Assembly (NCBI RefSeq): GCF_006345805.1
Contig: NC_042998.1
Location: 58,900,001-58,964,000, forward strand
Length of the DNA stretch: 64,000 nt
Direction: 5' to 3'
Source of the DNA: Octopus sinensis
Lineage: Eukaryota
Shown piece by piece: positions 13,035-26,252 of this stretch; position 1 is the stretch's first letter; each line of letters begins with the position of its first letter. Made by a program: the position numbers and the translations under genes. The notes below the pieces were generated by a model that saw only the letters and a program-made list of their open reading frames with translations, searched no databases and was not told the DNA's origin.

Positions 13035-13090
13035 GTGAGTGAGTGAGTGAGTGAGTGAGTAAGGGAGTGAGTGAATGAGTGAGTGAGGGA
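12590..13090. repeat. Compound (TA)n/(GATA)n/(GAGT)n microsatellites
   Basis: Directly visible. Confidence 0.9.
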
Positions 13091-13699
13091 GAAATTTGAC
13101 GGATGGGGTAAGGAAGAAGGATGTGAACATGAGACGGAAAATAATTTATTGTGCAACCAATGCAGCAAGGATCATGTTGATAGTAAATACATGTAGTAAC
13201 TAACTCATGGGGAACGGCAAGATAATAACACTATGCCTAGATATTAGATACTAACTTGTTATTCCTCGTATATAGCGGTTATGAAATTATATACGGGTCC
13301 TTAGATTATATAAAATTATAACTGGATACTTAAAAGCTTTACCGTTATGCTTTTATTTAGAGAAAGACGATAAATGAAGGAATATTTGTGAGAGGAAATA
13401 TTTAAAGAATGACCGAGAGTAGTAATAATCTTGAGTACGAAGAGTGTTGCTATAAAAAGACGGGGAAGTCTGAATCAATAATAAGACAAATATTTAGTAT
13501 AGAAACTTGAGTAAAAGCTGTAGACTAAGAGATCGCAGAGCTTAACAAATCAAAACACCTACACATGGATAGCGCATAGACACGCACACACACAAACACA
13601 CACATACATATACACGTGCAAGCATACGTATATATATGTATTTATATAATATATATATATATAATCATTCATGTATAAATATGTATATATAAGTATATA

Positions 13700-13780
<81 letters not shown>

Positions 13781-14423
13781 CATACATACAATCATATACA
13801 TACGTATATCGATGTGAATATGTATATATATATATACATACACATACATACATATATATATACCTACTTATATGCATAGATACATACATATATATACATG
13901 CATGCATGCATACATACAGAAACACAATACATTCATGCATACATACAAAAACACTTAATGCTCTTTTGAACTCGATTATACATACACTTATACACACGCG
14001 CACACACGCACTCACGCACATATACGTGTCTATGTGTGTAGATAGGTATGTATGTATTATGTATGTCTTTATATATATATATATATATATATATATGCGT
14101 GTGTGTGTGTAAGTGTGTGCATATGTGTGCGTGTGTTTTTGTGTGTGTATATGTATATATTATAGAAACCAATTTTATCACAGATATTTTTGGATAATTG
14201 AAGTATTGAACAATATTTCTAAAAATAAATAAATAAATGAAAATTCAAAATGACCTAATCAATAACGAATTTTCTCCATCCATTTTCTCCTTGTTTTCTT
14301 TCACTCCCATTTCCCTCATCATCTTCCTTTCTTCCCTTTATCGTTCATCTAACCTCACACACAAATTGTAAACTGTCCTTGTGATGCGGTCCTCATCGGA
14401 TGTCCCTGTGGTGAATATAAGAA

Positions 14424-14492
<69 letters not shown>

Positions 14493-14832
14493 GAGTGAGA
14501 GAGCAGTGCATGCCATCAAAGTGACACTGGGGTAAAATATACGAAGCCCAGTATAGCCATCATGACTATCCGTCTGATAAGGGTACACCAGGCACATGCA
14601 TCACAACCATATGTGCGCGACATGGTGATCTCATATCAAAATAGACAGCACCAGACCTTGCAGGTGGAGCCCAGTTAGAATTTCCTTCTGCTTGAGTAGC
14701 CTATCCTGCTCAAAAGGTCCCTGAATAAGGGTTGTTTAAGGATGTTGAACGACACACCCATGTTTCCAAAGGTGAATTATTCAAACCACAAAGAATTCTT
14801 CTCAGCACATGACTATGATGTTCCCCCACTCA
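14493..14832 (-). mobile_element. Interspersed retroposed repeat family C with (TAA)n tail, 5'-truncated
   Basis: Homologous to 57244-57803 and 61021-61512. All end ...GGCATGCACTGCTCTyTCAyTCAA followed by a trinucleotide tail, here (TAA)n at 14425-14492. Confidence 0.8.
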
Positions 14833-14898
14833 ATGTAATCGACTAATCTCCTCTACCAAATTTCAGGCCTTGTGCCTAAAATAGAAAGGATTATTATT

Positions 14899-15105
14899 AA
14901 GGCGGCGAGAAGACAGAATCGTTAGCACGCCGGGAGAAATGCTTAGCGGCATTTCTTCTGTTCTGAGATAAAATTTCACCGAAGTCGACTTTACCATTAA
15001 TCCTTTCGGGGTCGATAAAATGAGTACCAGTTGAGCACTGGTGGTTGATGTAATCGAGTTACTTTCTTCCCTGAAATTACTGGCTTTGTGTCAAAATTTG
15101 AAACC
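14899..15105 (+). mobile_element. tRNA-derived SINE family A
   Basis: AAGGCGGCGAGAAGACAGAATCGTTAGCACGCCGGG...TCCTTTCGGGGTCGATAAA; preceded by the tail of another copy. Confidence 0.8.
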
Positions 15106-15283
15106 ATCATTGTTATTTTTATTATATGTTGGGCTTTTGCTTTATATTTGTACAAGTTGAATGCAAGTCTCACCCAGTTATGACTAGGCTGCCATACTTT
15201 GGTTTTGCTCAAAGTAGTGTTCTAGAGAATGACTGTCAAAATATAAAATTAGAAGTTTCTAATAATTAGTTATTATTATTATT

Positions 15284-17295
15284 TTATAGTCTTTGCACAG
15301 CTTCTAACGCTGGAGATGTCCTACGGTGTCAGCTGTTCACTATCAGTGAATTAAGGCAACACCCCTAATTTTTCGAGCACCATCCGGAGTATTCATGCGG
15401 TTCCAAGCAGTGTTATTTTCTGCAAGTGCTACACCCTTATTGCAGCCCTTATTTCTTCCATGTACTTCTCAAGATTTTTACACAGTGTTCCTAGGGCTCC
15501 GGCCATTAATGATATTACTAACCCTTTTTCAGCGACCACAACCGCTTAAACTCCCAAGCTATCGACTTTCTTTTCTTTCTTATCGCATACCTTGCGGTCA
15601 GCTGGGCATGCTATATCTATGATCCAGCATCGTTTGCTATCTTTTTCAATTGAGACTATGTCTGGTTTCCTATTCTCTATCTCATGGTCGCACTGAATCA
15701 TGAAATCCCCTAAGATCTTTGCATTATTATTTTCGATGATGCCCACGGGTTTATGCTCGTATCTTTATGCTCGATTCTTTATTTGATGTAACTGGTTCTT
15801 AATGCTTGCTCTTAGGCAGAAGAGATTAGAGTCTCCATTTCCAGTTTTCAATCACTTTTAATCATCCATAGTCATCTTTTTTCTTTGTCTGTCTTATCTC
15901 CAATATCCCTATGAAATTGTCCATGTATTCTTTTCTTTATCCACCTATTTTCAGTTTCATTTATTCTCAAGTGCTTGTGCAGTGCTTTATTTTTGCAATT
16001 TTCCACCCTACAGAAGTTCTGTGGCATTTTTTACATACCATGCTATGTTCGTTTCTTCTGCTATAATGCTGTGTTCGCAACCAATCAGTCCCTTTTCTCC
16101 TCTTTTTCTTGGTACATACTGTCTGTCTGTCTGTGTCACTTTTCGGGTGGAGTATCCCATAGCTAGTCAGTAACTCCTTGTCTTTCTGACTAAGTTGTTT
16201 AGTTCGTCTACTGTCCATGCGATTATCCCTGATCCATATCTAGGAAGTGAAACCTCCTAGGTGTTGATTGCTTCAATCTTATTCCGTCTGTTTAATTTCG
16301 ACTTAAGGATCGGTCTCAAACACCTTCAATATTTCTGTCATTTCTTTCTCTATCAATTTATCCATCTCCAGTATCCCCAAGTAGTTATAGCCCATCTATT
16401 CTATCAACGGTATCGCTAGCCCGTCCACACATTTGATTTTGCTTCTCTTCAAAACTAACACACCATACTCTTTCAGTCAGAACCCCATTCTGATATCAGC
16501 ACTGAATGTATACACCGTATCAACGAGGGAACTGACTTGCGATTTATCTTTACCATAAAATTTGAGGTCATCCATGAAAAACAAGTGGTTGACATTTTTT
16601 TGGCGGTTCTTGAATATATACCTAGCATTTGCTTTCCTCAGAATCAGTGTTAGAGGTATCATGCACAGTACAGAGATCAGTGGGAACAAGCAGTCCCCTT
16701 AGAAGATGTCTGCCCTGATTTCTGTTGTCCCTAAACTTCTTCCATATGCTGTCACTTCGCCATACTTTTTCCAAGCAACCGCTCAACATTCAATGCAATA
16801 CAAAATAGGTTCATATTTCCATAATCCAGGAATGTGAGATCATTTCGTACGCCTCACGATAATCGATCCATGACATCGTTAAGTTAGTTTTCCTCCTCTT
16901 GCCGTATCTAAGTACAGTTTTCTCTATCAGGTGTTGATCTTTGTACTTCTGTACTTGCGCTTACAACCCTTCTGCTCATGCGGCAGATCTCCATTATCTA
17001 TCCAGATTTCCGTACATTGACTCTCTGCGACTATTCCCGTCAATAATTTCCACATACGTGGCATGCAGTATATCGGCCTGTAATTGTCTACCGTATTGCC
17101 TTTTCCGATGTTTGTCAAACACAGCACTGTCTTACCCATTGTCAACCACTGGTGTTACTTGGTCGGTATTTAACAAGGTGTTGAGTTGTGCAGCTATTCT
17201 TGCATGACACTCACCAAATCTTTTGATCTAGTAGCCTTGAACTCCATCTGGCCCCTGGGTCTTCCAGTTACCCGTTTGTTTGCTGATTTCCTTGT
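15284..17295 (-). pseudogene. Decayed, 5'-truncated R4/Dong-type LINE
   Basis: Fragments NYRPIYCMPRMWKLLTG, HEQKGCKRK, NHLFFMDDLKFYGK, LHPKSD, ENNNAKILGDFMIQCDHEIENRKPDIV..IIDIACPAD and LLGTA.ILRMVLEK*; short UTR then (TAA)n tail. Confidence 0.85.
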
Positions 17296-17336
17296 TATCA
17301 TCATAATGATCATCATGATCATCATCATCATCATCA

Positions 17337-17406
<70 letters not shown>

Positions 17407-17446
17407 CATCATTATCATCATTATTATTATTATTATTATTATTATT

Positions 17447-20400
17447 CAGTAGTTTTATTTTTATAGCGTGCTTTCACTTCACTACCGAGCGCAGGTCTGT
17501 GTGCCTTGGGTATGTGCTGTGATTTGTTGTGATGCTCTGTTGGTTATTGTATGGAAAGTGTTCTGTGTAGGATGTGTGCAGTGCCTAGTAGTGCAATTTC
17601 TGTATGTTATATGTGTTTGTAAGTCCTGGTGTTTTTGTTATGTATTTGTCTGAATATTTTTTTATCATGCCTAATGCACCTACTGTGATAGGAATTGTTC
17701 TGTTTTCAGATTCCACATTCTAGTTACCTCTATTTCCAGGTCTTTGTATTTTGAGAGTTTCTCCATTTCTTTTAGAGACACGTTGTCATCTGCCGGTATT
17801 GATACATCAATTAGAAAGCATTTTTTTTCTTCACGATCTCTGACAACTATATCTGGTCTGTTGGCCTTAATTTCTCTATCTGTGTGTATCGGCATATCCC
17901 AGAGTATGGTTGCTTTCTCGTTTTCTGTGACCTTTTCTGGTGTGTGCCTATACCATCTTTTTTCTGTTGTTATTCCATAATGTTGGCATAGCTTCCAATG
18001 TATGTAGGTTCCAACTCTGTCATGTCTGTGAATATATTCCTTCTTAGCCAGGACTGGGCAGCTAGAGATAATATGATTTATTGTTTCTTGTCCATCTCCA
18101 CATATTCTGCAGTTACTTGTAATATTTCTTTTCATGACATGTTTTTGGTAATTACTGGTGGGGAGGCTTTGGTCTTGTACTGCAATTAAGAATCCCTCTG
18201 TTTCTGCAATTAAGAATCCCTCTGTTTAGTTTAGTCCAGTATATACCATGAAGGGGCTTTTCTTGCCATCGTTTTATCATGGTTCGTTGCTGTTCTATTT
18301 TTAGTTTGGATTTCATTTGTTTTATAGCTTTTGTTGTTTCTTCTTCTTCTTCTTCTTCTTCTTCTTCTTCTTCTTCTTCTTCTTCTTCTTCTTCTTCTTC
18401 TTCTTCTTCTTCTTCTTCTTCTTCTTCTTCTTCTTCTTCTTCTTCTTCTTCTTTCTTCTTCTTCTTCATGTTTATTAGGTGGTATGATTTCTTGTTTGTA
18501 TTTGTCAGCTTCCTTAAATACTGAGAACAGTTTTTGTTTTGCTCGTGTTTTGCCGCTATCTGGATCAGTTTTCCTTCCTTCTGAAGTAGATATTTTTGCA
18601 GTCCTATGGTGGTTATTTTATAGTAGTTTTCCAGCTGTATAAGGCCTCTACCACCTTCTATACGTTGTATATATAGTCTTTCTATGTCAGATTTTGGGTG
18701 ATGCATCCTAGATCCTGTCATTATTTTTCTTGTTTTCCTATCTATTTTGGTCAGTTCATTTCGTGTCCAGTTAAGGATATTGTAGCTGTAACTTATAACT
18801 GGGACAGCTAAAGTGTTGATACCTATTATCTTGTTTTTAGCATTGAGCTCTGTTTTTAGTATTGATCTGACTCGACTATAATATTCTTTTTTTATTTTCT
18901 CTTTCATTTGTGTGTGTTGTGTCTTATCTAGTTCATGGATTCCTAAGTATTTGTAAGTTTGGCTTTGGTCTAATTCTTTTATTTCATTGGTTTTATCTAG
19001 TGTGATGTTGTTATTCTTAACTAGTTTTCCTCTTTTCATGGTTACTTTGGCGCATTTTTCTATCCAAATTTCATATCTATTTCTTTGGTAAATTCATGAA
19101 CTGTCTTTAATAGTGTTTCCAGCTGTTTGTCATTTGCAGCGTATAGTTTTAGGTCATCCATATATAAAAGGTGGCTGATCGTTTTGCCGTAACATTTATA
19201 TCCGCATCCAGTTCTATTTAGTATATCAGATAGAGGTGACAGTGCCAAGCAGAAAAGGAGTGGAGAGAGCGTGTCTCCCTGGAATATTCCTCTTCTAATG
19301 GGGATGTCTTTGGTTTTCATGAGTCCCTCTTTTGTTTGGAGGTGTAGGACTGTTTGCCATTTATTCATAGAGTGCTCTATGTATTTTATGATTGTTGGTG
19401 CTACTTTGTTAATGGCTAGTGTTTCGAGGATCCATGTGTGGGGGATGCTATCAAACGCCTTTTTGTAGTCAATCCAGGCCATACTGAGGCCTTTCTTCTT
19501 TCTGTGGCTGTCTTCAGTTATGGCTTTATTAATCATTAGTTGATCTTTACAGCCATATGAGCCCTTGCGGCATCCTTTCTGCTCTTCTGGGAACAGTTTG
19601 TTTTCGTCCAGGTGCTTGTTCAGCCTTTGCGATATCACTGCAGTAAATGCCTTGAACATAGTAGGGAGGCAGGTTATTGGTCTGTAGTTTTCTGGTTTTT
19701 CTGTTTCATTTGATTTGGGAATTAAGATGATTTTCCCCTTCGTGAGCCATTCAGGCATTGTCTCTGGCTCTGCTAGTATGTTGTTAAAGTTTTCAGCCAG
19801 CTTTTTGTGCATTCCTGTTAGATATTTCAACCAGAAGTTGGGGATCTTGTCATGCCCAGGTGCCTTCCAGTTGCTTAGTCTTTGCAGTGCCTGGGTGACC
19901 TCTTCAGTTGTTATGGGGGTCCAAAGTTGTTCAGATGCCGAGTTTGTTATTTTGATACTCCTTTTTTTGGTTGTTCGTTCGCCGACCATATTTCTCTCCA
20001 GAATTCTTCCAATTCTTCTGCCGTTGGTGCTGCAGTGATTTCTATTTTATTTTTCCCAGTTCTTGGTAGAACTTTTTGGGGTTGGAGTTGAACTTTTTGT
20101 TTTGTTCAAAGAAGCGTTGGACATTTCTCGTACCTGCGGATCCTTTGTGCTTTGGCAAGGATATCTTGTTTCGGCTTTTCTTTTATCTCAGGCAAATCTT
20201 TCTCTGTGATGTTATATTTACGGAGTATTTTTGTTCTCTTTTTGTTGCTCAGTAGCGTTGATTGTTTGCTGATTTCATTAAGAATCGACAGGTCTTTTCT
20301 AATTTTTTAAATTTTGTTTTGGATGTTATTTATCCACAGGGTTTGTTTGGGTGGTGATACTCCTGTTTGGGCGGGTTTGGGTGAGTATCCAGCTTCTTTT

Positions 20401-21279
20401 GTGGCTGCAGTGGCTGCTGCGTATATTAAGTCATTTAGCTCAGTGATATCACTTTTTTTTGTTTCAGTGGCTATCAGTTCAGTGACGGCTAGGTTTATGC
20501 TGTTTATAATTGGTGTTGTTATTTCGTTTATTTTGATTCTTGGGAGGTACGGTCGGTGGTCCATTTTGAGCTCTATGGTTTTCAGTTCTTTGATTATTTT
20601 ATTTTTTATATTATCATAATCATTAGGCTCCCCTTCGTTGTTTACATCGTGTTTGTTGGGAATGTTGCGTTTGTCTTCGTGTTTTACAGTTTCAGTGTTT
20701 ATATTATTGGGCATTGTTGTGTGGCTTCTATCTACATTTTCCTGGTGTATGTTTTCTTTTAGATGTTCTATTTCAATTTCTGATATTTTTTTGTGTTGAG
20801 AATGTATCTTCGTAGGTTAGCTAATTTATTAGGGTTCATTGCTGTATCCAAGTCTATATCTCTATTATTTTCCTTCCATATTTTATATGTATGTGTTGTT
20901 GTATTTTCATTTTTTGGGTAGAGCACTGCTGTGAAGTATGCGTGTAAGATAGAAATGTATTCCTCACGTGTCCATTTACGTCTTTTGGGTTTTATTTGCG
21001 GGACATGAGGTACAACGTCCGGCCCATTATTTTGACGGTCGTCATTTTCGTAGGGTACCGGTCCGTTTATTTCTGTTGTCACATTATTTCGCACGTGTAG
21101 TTTTTCGTACATTTTTTGTTGTAAGTTTAATGTACGTACCGCTCGATTGTTATTCTTGGGTTGAATAGTATCGGTGGCATTTAATTTCTTCGTAGTTCCT
21201 TTGTACATGGTGTTTGAGGTCGGGGATGATCGTGATGTTCCACGCATGTTTACATGTGTTGCGTTAGAGGTGGAGATGA

Positions 21280-21280
<1 letters not shown>
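17447..21280 (-). mobile_element. Full-length R4/Dong-type LINE (Myb-like, RT, CCHC, RLE) with disrupted ORF at 21247-17544
   Basis: Ordered pieces RRKWTREEY (Myb-like), NWKAPGHD, NYRPITCLP, GIFQGDTLSPLLF, HLLYMDDLKLY, CRICGDGQETINHIISSC..HRHD, NRPDIV..LIDVSIPAD; (TAA)n on both sides. Confidence 0.92.
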
Positions 21281-21351
<71 letters not shown>

Positions 21352-21479
21352 CATCATCATTATTATTATTATCATCGTTATTATTATTATCATCATTATT
21401 ATTATTATATTATTATTATTATTATTATTATATTATTATTATTATTATTATTATTATTATCATTATTATTATTATCCAT

Positions 21480-21800
21480 TTATGCACTGAACGTCTCTTG
21501 ATTTATCTATGTCACGCCTGAGCTCCATCCAACAGCTAAGAGACGCAACACTTTTCTCAAAACATGACGTGTTCCAAGTATTACTGCTAACTGAATACTT
21601 CCCATGAAGTTTGATTTTTACAGCTTTTGATGCCGGAATATTGCTCTCTTTGAGATGATCCAAAGTGCACCGATCACAAAAGTTACCACGCTCGCTATTA
21701 AGGCTCTATGGATTCGTTTCACTTCCAATACTAGGTCTTGGTACTTCCCGACTTTCTCGTCCTCTATCTTCATAAATATTCTAGTCTGCAAGCATAGCTA
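21480..21800 (-). pseudogene. 3' fragment of a third R4/Dong-type LINE
   Basis: Minus strand EKVGKYQDLVLEVKRIH...FVIGAL...AVILGTRHVLRKVL, short UTR, then the (TAA)n array at 21280-21478. Confidence 0.7.
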
Positions 21801-22137
21801 TGTGGTTAAAGGTGCATTCTTTAGGCTCCTTCAAAGGAAAGTGATATCTGACCGGTTACGTTGCAGCTTTTTGTTTGTGTATATTGGTAGATTCCATGTA
21901 AGGTTTCATCTGGTCATTCTCTGCTACTAACAAAGCTTGGTGCTCATCGATGCCTAAACGATGAAAGGTAAAGCCAGCCTCGACTAAATTTGAACTCGGA
22001 ACATTTCCTCTGAGGTCGACTTTACCTGTCATCCTTGCAGGGTTGATAAAATATGTATCAGTTGAGCACCTCTCCCACTAAATTTGCTGAGCTTGTGCCA
22101 AATTTGGATATCAATATTAATAATAATAATAATAATG

Positions 22138-22207
<70 letters not shown>

Positions 22208-22329
22208 TTATTACCCACAAGGGAACAAGCATAAATGAGACATTACAAAACAATACAAAACAAATAATCAAGGAAATAAAAATACGGAAAGAAATCGAGT
22301 GAAGAAGAAAAAAAAAAGAAAAAACGAAT

Positions 22330-23830
22330 GAAATATGAAAGTGATAAAATGGGGCGCAACGCCCACTCGACTCTCAAAGTCAAGTGGTTATATTTCGACG
22401 TTATTTTTGAATAGTTTTTTTTTTCCTTTTAAAAATTCACATCTTCATTTTTACACGCTCATATTTTACAAATTTTTTAACTTGCCAAATCTCCATGTTG
22501 AATTATGGGTGGTAGGGAATCAAACCCGACCGGCCCGCCAATTGTAATTAAAAACTTTCCATATGTTTTTACAAACATATTGTATCTATCTTCGTTCAAC
22601 AATACACACTTTTGTCCATCCGTGAAATCCTCCCTGAGCAGCTTCACCCTTATTAAACCCGTCCACTTGGAAATCCTCTCTTCCACGTCCACATTCTTAC
22701 CGTAGTAAACTACAAATGCCTTATTTTAAAAAAACCTGTTGTTCAGTCCTTTCTACTGATTCCTGCTCCTTTGGTTCTGTTTCAATCGTCTGCTTGTGTT
22801 TAAATACAGACGGTTCCTTACCTTCTTTAGGCGTCTTATCTAATTCTGTTGCTGCTTTTCAGAGCCTTCTCTTGTTTTCACCTTTTCCCTCCTTTTTGGG
22901 ACTGACATACCCGTCACTCCCCTCACTTGCTGCTTTCGTTCAGTCTTTCTTTGTCCCCATCTCTTCCGCATCCTTGGTGCACTCCATATCACTTTTGCTG
23001 TCTCAGTCTGTTATTGTGTCACTTTTTATTTTGGTCTCAATTGCTTCTTGGTCCCTCTCCACAAACCTCTCACTCTGAGAAGACTTGTGCTTGGGGCACT
23101 GCGTCATTATGTGGCCTCTTATTCGATATTCATAACAATTTGGTCGGCATCCCTCAACAATCACTTTGAGGGAACTCTCTCCCGGAATCTCTATCTGATA
23201 GGGGATCCTTTCGATGGCCTTGAAAGTGGTAAAAAGCCACATCTCGACGCCACCTCCCCCCACCAGTTTAACTTTTTCCCACTTATCCTAATTCGAAATT
23301 TTCCTCGGTGGTACCCAAAACAGCTGCTACCAACCACTCTGGCTTTATTTCTGGTGGCACCCTTTTCAGTGCGTAAAATAGTGGTAGAATGTCAGGCCGA
23401 CTCTTCTTTGGTGGCAAACCTCACCTCCACCGTACCATATTTCTTTCTTCGGCTAACGAAAATTGCTGTTTTCGTCAAGGGTCCCAAACATTCCTCTACG
23501 TCATTTTCTGATAGGATTTCAATCTTATTGGTGGCGACCGCTTGCGTGGGGTACCCCACCGTCCTATCACTCTTATCCTCGACCGTTTCTTCTGGAGGGA
23601 CTAGCTTTATTGCGTCTTTTCTTTTGTATCAACTGTTCATTTCTTAATATCACTTCCATATTTACTTTTATCTGTTTCAATTCCAACGGCGGAGCTGCTC
23701 CTATTTCAGCGGCTTTTGCATAGCTCTCCATAATGAAAAACGGACTTTCAACAATGGGGAGAAAATAGCGAAAAAAAAACCCAAAAAAACTCACACGCGA
23801 GTCGCTCAACAGTAATCCTCAACAGTGACA
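22330..23830 (-). pseudogene. L1/Tx1-like ORF1 (gag-like zinc knuckle) with intact-looking 5' end and no ORF2
   Basis: ATG near 23733 (MESYAKAAE...), later LKVIVEGCRPNCYEYRIRGHIMTQCP (decayed CX2CX4HX4C), disrupted by stops and frameshifts; no APE or RT motif downstream. Confidence 0.6.
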
Positions 23831-23958
23831 CACAATTTCAACAACGGACAGAAGAGAAAGCCTTCAACATGTATCAACAATCCAAAACCGCGGTCAAAAA
23901 TGATGAAACTAAAAAAACAAACAATTTGTTAGCCTGCAACCCCAACATCCTCCTAACG

Positions 23959-24273
23959 ATTAGCCAGAGGTGATTTTAAAATGAGAATATCTGAAAAAAT
24001 CTCGACTGCTCTCACAAACGAGAATACTAAAAATGACCGTTCTCAAAAATTAAGTAAACAAAAAAAAAGCAGGAAAAATAATCCAAAATCCTTGTCTGGT
24101 ACCGGATTGATCCCAAAATCTAATCAGTTCGTGCTAGTCATGAGGCCAAACATCCCTGAAAGTTTCACCCAAATCCATCCGGCAGTTCTTGAGATATCTT
24201 GTCCATGGACAAACAAACAAACAAACAAAAACGACTGAAAACAATACCTCCGCCTTAGCGAAGGTGGAGGTAA
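23959..24273 (+). mobile_element. Helentron-associated non-autonomous element (HINE-like)
   Basis: 3' hairpin CCTCCGCCTT-agcg-AAGGTGGAGG followed by TAAT, preceded by (CAAA)n and ...CCCAAATCCATCCGGCAGTTCTTGAGATATC, the usual HINE layout. Confidence 0.65.
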
Positions 24274-26207
24274 TAATGATGATGATATTGAATAATTCTT
24301 AAGTATAACAAAGATTTATCAATGATCTGACGGGTATATATTGATAATAGTCCCCCTAGACTGAATCACGCTCATCAGGTGCCACAGTCTTGCTTATTTT
24401 GGAATAATCTACAATCATAAATATATAAATTATATGGAATATGTCCAATACGAAAACGTGTTAATGTGCATTGTATTATTTCAGAATTTTCTGAATGAAC
24501 TCTTTAGCTCTGTATTAATGCCATGACGGATTTTTATAATGATTGATTGTATTTCAGCTTTACCCTTATCAGTCTTGAAATATAACTTTAATATATTTGC
24601 ACTGGCTCGAAATTTCCAATTTTTCTTGTGAAATATTTATATATGATAATATAGAGTCGCTTAGTTTAATTAGATTGTTCTGTCGTGTTTGGTGGCCTAA
24701 TATGCGTTGATAAGACCATCACAAAAGTATTTATATTGAACAGTGTTACCTATTGACTTGCCTGTGTTCACCGTTTTCTTTATTAAATGCGAGCATTCCT
24801 ATATTCTTGCGTTTTCCCATGAGATCTATTTACCAAGATTGTTTTGTAAAATTATTTCTTGCATATCTTGGTACCAGTTCGTTTCTGATGAATTGTTCCA
24901 TTTAATCGTTCGCAAATTAAAGTTCTTATGTTTCACATGTTTTAGTCATAAGTCTTGTGATATTTTAATGAATATACTTATACCAATCTCGTTATTCCTA
25001 ATTGGTCTTGTGTGGCTGTGAATTCTTCACCGATGACTCGCTCTTCTGTCTGATAATCATTTTGATTCATGAGAAATGTGAGTTCGGATGGATGTACGCT
25101 AAACTCTATGCCTTGTTGTTAAGTTTATAAGGTACGGTTACAGTTTGTCCCAAAGTAACGGTTTTAAATATTAGATCGTTCCTTGACTATGGTTTAGTGA
25201 GCTAAGCAATAGTCAAAAAGGTTAAAAATATAAAAATATAAAAATATAAAAGAGGGGAGAAGAGAATAAGCGAAACATCAAAGCGTCTGATGTCAAATGA
25301 GTCATCATCGAATCAGTGACGCAACATATGGGACACTAAACGGCTGAACCAAAACACCTTATAACCATCAATGGTAAGGTCTGAAGCATCATTCTAAAAC
25401 GGCATGTTTGGGCTACGTAGCATTTATGTTGACCCTATGATTCCATTTAGCTGCATCAATACTGCGGCTAGAACAAAAATTATGATAGGTCATAATAACT
25501 TGTAACCAGCAAGCAACTTCATCACGCCTCTTGTAAAGATTAGATACAAAAATATTCCTATTCTATATTTTAGCCGGATTTTTGAATATATGAATTAGCA
25601 GTTATCAAAATCATTAAATATTTCTCAATAATGCATCTAGCATATTTAGGGACGCTGCATCAGGTTTGATATTAGTAAATTGTTAACTGTCGTTCTTGCA
25701 AAAATGTATTTTTCTTTCGCTTTTAATAACATAATTGAACGTTTAGCACAGTTACAATAAATGGAACTTCGCAATTCTATACTGTACAATTATACAAGAC
25801 AGAGGTTTTAATTCTATTTTCATTTTGCATTTTTGAAAAGAATAAATTTTCAATTGAAATAAATTAAATTCCTTTACCATTACTTTTCGATGTTACTATT
25901 TCCTTTCAGGTTTAATGGACTTCGTTTTCCCTGTAGTTAGCTATATTACTTTAGTGCACATAAAAAAGAGTTAATATAGCTGTTGTCTTTGCTGACACAA
26001 CAACTCACTCTTATATAAGTTAATACACACATGCATGCGCTCCCCAACCCAAGCCACACTCATTCATTCACTGGCATACATGTATGTATACATACATATA
26101 CACATATGAATACACATGCACGAGTGAGTAAACAAAAGGAATATTTTAGTACTCAACATATTTGTACGAGTTATGCGTATTTAATAAACGATTGAATCTA
26201 TCTTCGA

Positions 26208-26252
26208 ACATCTGACGAGGTTGACGTGTCCTATGCCCACAAAACGTTGTGT
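26208..26252 (+). ncRNA. Degenerate minimal hammerhead-like motif
   Basis: acat CTGACGA ggttgacgtgtcctatgcccac AAAA CG TT | gtgt. Stem I is 4 bp, palindromic ACGT, G12 to A, stem II poorly paired. Confidence 0.4.

Noticed and set aside
24350-24385. Minus-strand CTGATGAG
   Set aside because: No stem II partner or GAAA downstream. The adjacent 24400-25020 region gave no convincing GIY-YIG or RT translation.
25045-25100. CTGATAA TCAT..ATGA GAAA motif
   Set aside because: G8 is lost and stems I and III do not pair.
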